This document shows, in pieces, positions 24,566-28,920 of a stretch of 28,920 nt of DNA (positions are counted from its first letter, which is position 1; the number at the start of each line of letters is the position of its first letter). The notes under the pieces were generated by a model. It was not told where the DNA came from. It worked only from the letters and a program-made list of their open reading frames with translations, and did not search any database. Origin of the DNA: a virus (Duplodnaviria > Caudoviricetes); the IMG/VR virus record IMGVR_UViG_3300037524_000136, positions 1-28,920 of that record, one strand, 5' to 3'. A program made the translations under genes and the position numbers.

Positions 24566-26922
24566 GATCCCTCAGTCGCGGCTCGGCGCCCGTAGCGCTC
24601 GCGGCGCTCGGTCGGCTGGTGATAGGTGCGCAGTCCCTGCCCGAACAGGCGCGTGGCGACGTACTGCAGGGCGTCGTGGCAGTTGCCCACCAGGACGCCG
24701 GCAGCGTAGAAGCAATGTGCGTCTTCTACGGTCAGGTCATATACGCGCGCGCATGGCGCGCTGACGTAGCGCTTCTCGACAAGCGACGGTCCCGCAGGAC
24801 CGGGTCTTACTGTAGCGGTTGACGGTGAAGGCGGCGCCGCAAACGGCACATGTTCGCTGCTCGTCATCGACTCCGCTGGCTCGCCGCGCCGCAGATTGGC
24901 AGGCAGGAGAGCAGAAACCGCGCCTCGCAGTACCGACCAAAGCCGCGTACCTCTTCCCGCAGTGGGCGCACTTCCTGCGCTCTGTTGCGCGCCCGTCCCA
25001 GGTCGCCTTGCCGTGTTCGCGGTGCCACTCGATACCTTGTGCGGAACCGTGCCACGCACTAGCCGCGGGCCGAATTTGCTCCATGTGACGCTTGGCGAGG
25101 TCCGATCCCTTGGGAAGTTTCTCCCGGCCATGCTTGCCAGCGTGATCGCCGCCGGCCATGCACTCGAGGTTAGCGATGTCATTGTTGCTACGGTCACCGT
25201 CCCGATGGTGTATGTGGCAACCGTCGGGAATTGGCCCGTGATGAAACGCCCAAACGACGCGATGCATGTACTCATTGTGCTTGCCGCCGCGGCCATCGCC
25301 CTTGTAATAGCCAGGCGGCTTGCGGTAGTACCTGACGCCGTTGAACTCCTGCACCGGCCACTTGCTGGGTCGTACCATGTTTTCTCTCCGATGGATAACA
25401 ATACGTCATCGTATTGTAACGCATCGGCCAACACAATGCCCCTGCTGGTATGTATCGGGTGGTCCTTGGTGCACACAAACCCGCGCCCGGTGGAGAACGA
25501 GAGGTCGATCAGGTCGCCGGCCACGCTCGACATCGTCGCGGTGATCCGCTTCGCCCCTGCCGGCGTCAGCACGCGGTCGCCAACGCGCAGGGTTTCGATG
25601 CCGCGCTCGCCCTTGGGCGTCGCCACCATCGTCCCGGCGACGAAGCAATGGGACCAGGCGTTCTTCTCGGGCTGGTCGGTGTACCGCTCGGCGGAGGTTT
25701 GCATCCGCGCATAGCGGTAGCGGCCCAGGAAGCCGCGCCTGAGCGTTTCGCAGCGCGGGTGGAGGGCGAAGGTGGGCTTGCCCTCAGCCAGCGTCCCCAG
25801 TGGCCGTTTGACGCTCTCCAGGCGCATCGCCAAGTCCTGCTGCCCGGCGCTGATCAGGATGCCCTTGGCCTGCAGGATCTGGAAACAGGTCTTCTCGTCG
25901 GTTTGGGCGCGTTGCTCGCCGGCCGGGTCGCCCACGTCCTCGCACTTGGCGCCGGGGTAGCGCTCGGCCATGCGCTGCAAGACGCGATCGGAGAAGCGAT
26001 CGATGCCGACGTTGTCGGCGACGAGCTCGTCGAACACGAGCCAGCGCCCGGATGCGGTCAGGTGGCTGAACACGCACGCTGGGGTGAGCCCGAAGTCCCA
26101 GCCGCGGTAGACGGTGGCGCCGGGGATGAACTCGGCCTTGTCGGTGCAGTGCGTTTCGTCGAGGTACTCGGGGAAGACCGGCTTGCCGTCCTGGACGTAG
26201 CCGTAGCGGCCCTCGACGTGAACGCGGCACCAATCCACCGAGTTGATGGCGGTGAGCCCTTCGTAGTAACCCGGCTTTAGGTTGGGCAGGTTTTCCGCGC
26301 TAGGCGCCAGACCCGAGGGTTGCCGGAACAGAGCCACGTTGGGTGGCTTGTCGATCTCGAAGAGCTTGAACCACCAACTATCGTCACTCGGCGGATTGGT
26401 ATCGAGGATGAGGCCCGACCACAGGGCCCCGCCGTCCTGCTGGCGCGGGAAGCGCCCGCAGCGGCCGTAGAGCGCCTGCACGATCGCCCAGTCGATCTCG
26501 CGCGCCTCGTTAATCCACGCGCCGGTGAGCTCGAGCGAGAGCAGGTTGCCGACCTGATCGGGGCGGTCGAGGGCGCGGAACATGATCTCCGCTTCCACGT
26601 CGTTGACCTTGAGCAGGAAGGTGTGATCGTTCGCGCGCCACTCGCCGAGGATGCCCGGCTGCAGCCACTGGTGCACGGTCTTGATCGTCGTGTCGCGCAG
26701 TTGCGGGTAGCTGTTGCGGACGCACGCCCAGCGGGTGCGGCGCACGCCATCCCGCCCAGGCGGCTGGGCGATGGAGCGGCGAAGGATTTCGATGACGCAG
26801 CCGCTGCTTTTCCCACTGCCGAACGGTCCAAGAAGACCGCGGATCTCGGCGTTGCTACGGGCAAAGTCCCGAATGGTGGGAACTGGCCCGTAGCTGTAGC
26901 GGACGCCGAGGTCAGGCTCCAT
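24550..26922 (-). CDS. terL: Terminase large subunit, intein-containing (790-aa precursor; 468 aa after splicing)
   Basis: Walker A GPFGSGKS, Walker B AWINEARE, motif III DTNPP, nuclease GWDFGLTPA and GDPAG, and the C-terminal KNAWSH|CHDALQY motif split by the intein. Confidence 0.95.
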   Translation of the reverse strand: MEPDLGVRYSYGPVPTIRDFARSNAEIRGLLGPFGSGKSSGCVIEILRRSIAQPPGRDGVRRTRWACVRNSYPQLRDTTIKTVHQWLQPGILGEWRANDHTFLLKVNDVEAEIMFRALDRPDQVGNLLSLELTGAWINEAREIDWAIVQALYGRCGRFPRQQDGGALWSGLILDTNPPSDDSWWFKLFEIDKPPNVALFRQPSGLAPSAENLPNLKPGYYEGLTAINSVDWCRVHVEGRYGYVQDGKPVFPEYLDETHCTDKAEFIPGATVYRGWDFGLTPACVFSHLTASGRWLVFDELVADNVGIDRFSDRVLQRMAERYPGAKCEDVGDPAGEQRAQTDEKTCFQILQAKGILISAGQQDLAMRLESVKRPLGTLAEGKPTFALHPRCETLRRGFLGRYRYARMQTSAERYTDQPEKNAWSHCFVAGTMVATPKGERGIETLRVGDRVLTPAGAKRITATMSSVAGDLIDLSFSTGRGFVCTKDHPIHTSRGIVLADALQYDDVLLSIGEKTWYDPASGRCRSSTASGTTASRLAITRAMAAAASTMSTCIASFGRFITGQFPTVATYTIGTVTVATMTSLTSSAWPAAITLASMAGRNFPRDRTSPSVTWSKFGPRLVRGTVPHKVSSGTANTARRPGTGAQQSAGSAPTAGRGTRLWSVLRGAVSALLPANLRRGEPAESMTSSEHVPFAAPPSPSTATVRPGPAGPSLVEKRYVSAPCARVYDLTVEDAHCFYAAGVLVGNCHDALQYVATRLFGQGLRTYHQPTERRERYGRRAATEGSWMSV
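24682..25647 (-). mobile_element. Intein in TerL (aa 426-747, 322 aa)
   Basis: Block A CFVAGTMVATPKG..IETLRVGDRVLT, block B CTKDHPI (TxxH), block F VYDLTVEDAHCFYA, block G GVLVGN followed by +1 Cys. Confidence 0.93.
24737..25378 (-). CDS. HNH homing endonuclease with two C-terminal Cys4 zinc-finger-like motifs (213 aa), nested out of frame inside the intein
   Basis: HRVVW..HHGPIPDG..IHHRDGDRSNNDIANLEC....H (HNH_3-type). CAHC...FCSPAC and CAVC...CGTVAC. Own RBS GGAGAG-AAAAC-ATG and TGA stop. Confidence 0.92.
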   Translation of the reverse strand: MVRPSKWPVQEFNGVRYYRKPPGYYKGDGRGGKHNEYMHRVVWAFHHGPIPDGCHIHHRDGDRSNNDIANLECMAGGDHAGKHGREKLPKGSDLAKRHMEQIRPAASAWHGSAQGIEWHREHGKATWDGRATERRKCAHCGKRYAALVGTARRGFCSPACQSAARRASGVDDEQRTCAVCGAAFTVNRYSKTRSCGTVACREALRQRAMRARI

Positions 26923-27169
26923 CGATCACGATCGATATCTTGGCGCCGTTCTGGCCGGTGAGCTCGGTGCGGCCGAGCTTGGGGACGTGGTACTCGATCG
27001 CGCGCAGGTAGAGGTCCATCTTCTTGGCCGGGTCTTCGATCGCGTCGAGCCATTCGCCCATCTTGTGCACGTTGGCGGACGCGAAGGCTGCGATGGCCTC
27101 GCGCACGTCGACGGTTGCTTTGTTGGGCGTTCCTTTGGTTCGACCGCCCGCTTTGAATCCGCGTGGCAT
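26912..27169 (-). CDS. terS: Terminase small subunit-like protein (85 aa)
   Basis: GGRTKGTPNKAT N-terminus, EY..PKL...ELTG..G..I C-terminus. Directly upstream of and overlapping terL. Confidence 0.75.
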   Translation of the reverse strand: MPRGFKAGGRTKGTPNKATVDVREAIAAFASANVHKMGEWLDAIEDPAKKMDLYLRAIEYHVPKLGRTELTGQNGAKISIVIDGA

Positions 27170-27190
27170 GACTATTGCCGACTAGTTTGG

Positions 27191-27259
27191 TCAGCAGCCC
27201 CTGCCCTTGCCGGGTTGCTTTTTCCCGGGCATGGGCGGCGGTCCTTTTTGCTTTTTCAT
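27191..27259 (-). CDS. 22-aa basic peptide MKKQKGPPPMPGKKQPGKGRGC
   Basis: Hand-translated. TAGGAG-CAGAGG-ATG provides a good RBS. Lies just upstream of terS. Confidence 0.5.
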   Translation of the reverse strand: MKKQKGPPPMPGKKQPGKGRGC

Positions 27260-27314
27260 CCTCTGCTCCTAGGGCTGAACTGGAGCGGAGAGTAGTGCGG
27301 GGGAATTGCTTTTG

Positions 27315-27632
27315 CTAGGCGGCGGATGGCTGCTTTTTGTTGCGCGGCGAGGCGTACTCGCCGGCATAGGCGGAGAGGATGTCGTCGGCCACGTCCTCGA
27401 GGATGGCGCGGCGGTCGTAGATGCCGACGAGGATGTAGCGGAATGAGTCGTTCCACCACTCGGGGAAGTCGATGCGGTGGGCTGGGGTGACGCGGCGGAT
27501 GACGAATTCGCCGTTGTGCCAGAGGATGGCGTGGGGGGCGCGGTACTTGGTGATCTTGACCATCATGGCCCGGGCGACCGAGCGGGCGAACATGGGGGTC
27601 ACGGCCTTGGAGTCGTTGACGACCTTGGTCAC
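27315..27632 (-). CDS. Hypothetical protein (about 105 aa)
   Basis: 3' half of the 216-aa track ORF. GTG 27632 forms a GTGA overlap with the upstream stop. LVGIYD motif. Confidence 0.6.
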   Translation of the reverse strand: MTKVVNDSKAVTPMFARSVARAMMVKITKYRAPHAILWHNGEFVIRRVTPAHRIDFPEWWNDSFRYILVGIYDRRAILEDVADDILSAYAGEYASPRNKKQPSAA

Positions 27633-27835
27633 GGTGCCGGCTCCCAGTATTGGGCGTCGGGGCCGCAACCGACGTTGCCCCACCAATGCGGATCGCGCAT
27701 GGTGACGATGGAGGGGGTGGGGACGGCGTGGCGGCCGTAGGTGACGCCCCGGCGGCATTGCGGATCTACGTCGGGCCGGTTCTCTGGTGCCGGCTCGTAA
27801 TGCTTGCACTCGCAGCAGAATGGGGGTTGCAGCAT
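27629..27835 (-). CDS. Small Cys-rich hypothetical protein (about 68 aa)
   Basis: FCCECKHY...C...R......CGPDAQYWEP, a small phage metal-binding type protein. Start uncertain. Confidence 0.6.
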   Translation of the reverse strand: MLQPPFCCECKHYEPAPENRPDVDPQCRRGVTYGRHAVPTPSIVTMRDPHWWGNVGCGPDAQYWEPAP

Positions 27836-28004
27836 GGCTGGCGATGCAGAGTCTTCGGCATATTGCACGGCTAGATCCTCCGCAAAAACCTGCGTTTATC
27901 ACGGCGATAGCGAATCCATTCGTACGCCATCCCAATGCCAATGCCAACCATTCCGAGCAAAACACCGATAAAAAAAGTACCTACTAGCATTTCAATGCTT
28001 GGCA

Positions 28005-28328
28005 TCAGATCCTCTGGGCTCGTTCGTTGGAAGATTGGGTGCGCCACGCCTCGATCCGTGCCGCAGCAGCTTCACGAAGGAAGCGGCGGCGGAAGTCCTC
28101 GGTAACGGCGGCTTTGTAGGCAGACAGCGCCCGCAGGTACTCGGGGTGAGACTCGGCGACATCTCTGGCGGCAGCGTTGCTTAACCCGGCTTGGGCGGTG
28201 GTGAGCCTTGCCCGCTCGCTTTTGATCCACTCGGCCAGATAGACGGCGTCGGCCCGAGCCTGGGCGTCGGCAGTGGCGTTGTCGCGCAGGTAGTCGAGCG
28301 CCGACTCCACTTGTGCGTCCGTGATCAC
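28005..28328 (-). CDS. Conserved helical phage protein (107 aa; loosely UvsY-like helical hairpin)
   Basis: GTG start in GTGA overlap. VE.ALDYL...A..HPEY...L...AARIEAWRTQSSNER. Confidence 0.7.
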   Translation of the reverse strand: MITDAQVESALDYLRDNATADAQARADAVYLAEWIKSERARLTTAQAGLSNAAARDVAESHPEYLRALSAYKAAVTEDFRRRFLREAAAARIEAWRTQSSNERAQRI

Positions 28329-28828
28329 ACTCGCGTCCGGTAGTAGTAGTCGCGGCGCCTGCTCTTCTCGCAGAGCTTGCACTCGGACGAATAGGTTCCG
28401 TGGCCGTGATCCTTGCGCCGCCGGTATGCCGTTTCCAGCGGGCGCCACTCCTTGCACATCGCACAACATCGCTGCTGTACGCCGTCCACTACCCGGTATA
28501 TTTCCTCCTTTGTCGCCCGTGCCTTTTTGGGAACCGGCGCTGACGGTTCGTCGTCCTCCTCCCGGGCGAAGTTCTTGTGCCGGTAGGTGACGGCGCCCAG
28601 GGACGGGATCACAGCCGGCGGATAGCCCATGATGGCGGTGAGCTCCAGCATAGCCTCGCCAGACCGCGCAAACGGCTCTCTGGCGACCGGGGGCTTGGGT
28701 TGCCTACCCCTGTGACTCCCCTCCCGTTTGGCGCGCTCCACGGCCCGCACAGTGGCCTCTGCGCCCCTGTCTGCGTACGCTACGGCAGTCTGGCCGTTGT
28801 TGAGGTTGATGCCGTCGGGTTTAGCCAC
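28325..28828 (-). CDS. Hypothetical protein with C-terminal CxxC...CxxC zinc finger (about 167 aa)
   Basis: CCAMCKEWRPL..Y.......YSSECKLC. Likely start GTG 28828 behind GGGAG, overlapping the upstream stop. Confidence 0.6.
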   Translation of the reverse strand: MAKPDGINLNNGQTAVAYADRGAEATVRAVERAKREGSHRGRQPKPPVAREPFARSGEAMLELTAIMGYPPAVIPSLGAVTYRHKNFAREEDDEPSAPVPKKARATKEEIYRVVDGVQQRCCAMCKEWRPLETAYRRRKDHGHGTYSSECKLCEKSRRRDYYYRTRV

Positions 28829-28919
28829 GGGCCTGCTCCCAGAGCACTTTGGGCGATCGGTTGCTGCTGTTGGCGGGGGCATAGCCGCAGGAGCGGATGG
28901 CCCCGCGGTGCCGGGCCAG
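28821..28919 (-). CDS. 3' end of a gene entering from beyond the window
   Basis: Open frame LARHRGAIRSCGYAPANSSNRSPKVLWEQARG*, whose stop overlaps the next gene's start region. Confidence 0.45.
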   Translation of the reverse strand: MARHRGAIRSCGYAPANSSNRSPKVLWEQARG

Positions 28920-28920
28920 T

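Noticed and set aside
25370-25395. Programmed -1 frameshift fusing the intein N-part to the HNH
   Set aside because: GAGAAAACA is not a canonical X XXY YYZ slippery site, and a dedicated SD plus ATG explains HNH expression more simply. Not fully excluded without data.
24896-25714. Third (antisense) 272-aa ORF over the intein/HNH region
   Set aside because: No domain-like features. It is the antisense shadow of a GC-rich dual-coding region.
27960-28004. Intrinsic terminator at AGCATT-GA-AATGCT followed by a T-run
   Set aside because: The stem is short and AT-rich and the T-run is about 9 nt away from it. Could be an operator or promoter element, but unsupported.
1026-28882. Upstream-extended starts in the ORF track (e.g. 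1535, 1913, 5786, 11525, 13274, 27965, 28469, 28882)
   Set aside because: These extensions overlap neighbouring genes with low-complexity sequence. Downstream starts with RBS or stop/start overlaps fit better and were used instead.
1-28920. tRNA, rRNA, CRISPR array, integrase/att site, IS element
   Set aside because: No cloverleaf, regularly spaced repeats, recombinase or transposase motifs were seen by eye. Whether this is a prophage or a free phage cannot be decided from this window.

Overview
A GC-rich tailed-phage or prophage segment with podovirus-like organisation. Almost the whole window is one minus-strand, tightly translationally coupled operon, read right to left: small early/middle genes, a 22-aa basic peptide, small terminase, large terminase, P22-like portal, an accessory virion cassette (fibre/lectin-like proteins, glycosyltransferase, methyltransferase), scaffold, N4-gp56-type major capsid, decoration protein, adaptor, nozzle, tail-fibre-like proteins, several DNA-ejection-type proteins, a two-domain polyvalent protein, an endolysin-holin fusion and four small accessory genes. 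The operon converges on a 5'-truncated plus-strand C5-type DNA methyltransferase. The most striking element is a 322-aa intein in the terminase nuclease motif (24682..25647). Its own frame has no endonuclease, but a complete HNH endonuclease gene with its own RBS, start and stop is nested inside it in a different reading frame (24737..25378). Other oddities are a 51-aa Pro/Trp module present both as a stand-alone gene and at the tail of an ejection-region protein, an internal RBS in the endolysin-holin fusion, small antisense ORFs converging on ejection-type genes, a mini NrdD C-terminal peptide gene, and a Cys/acidic insertion in the methylase. All family assignments come from motif recognition by eye; no searches were run.
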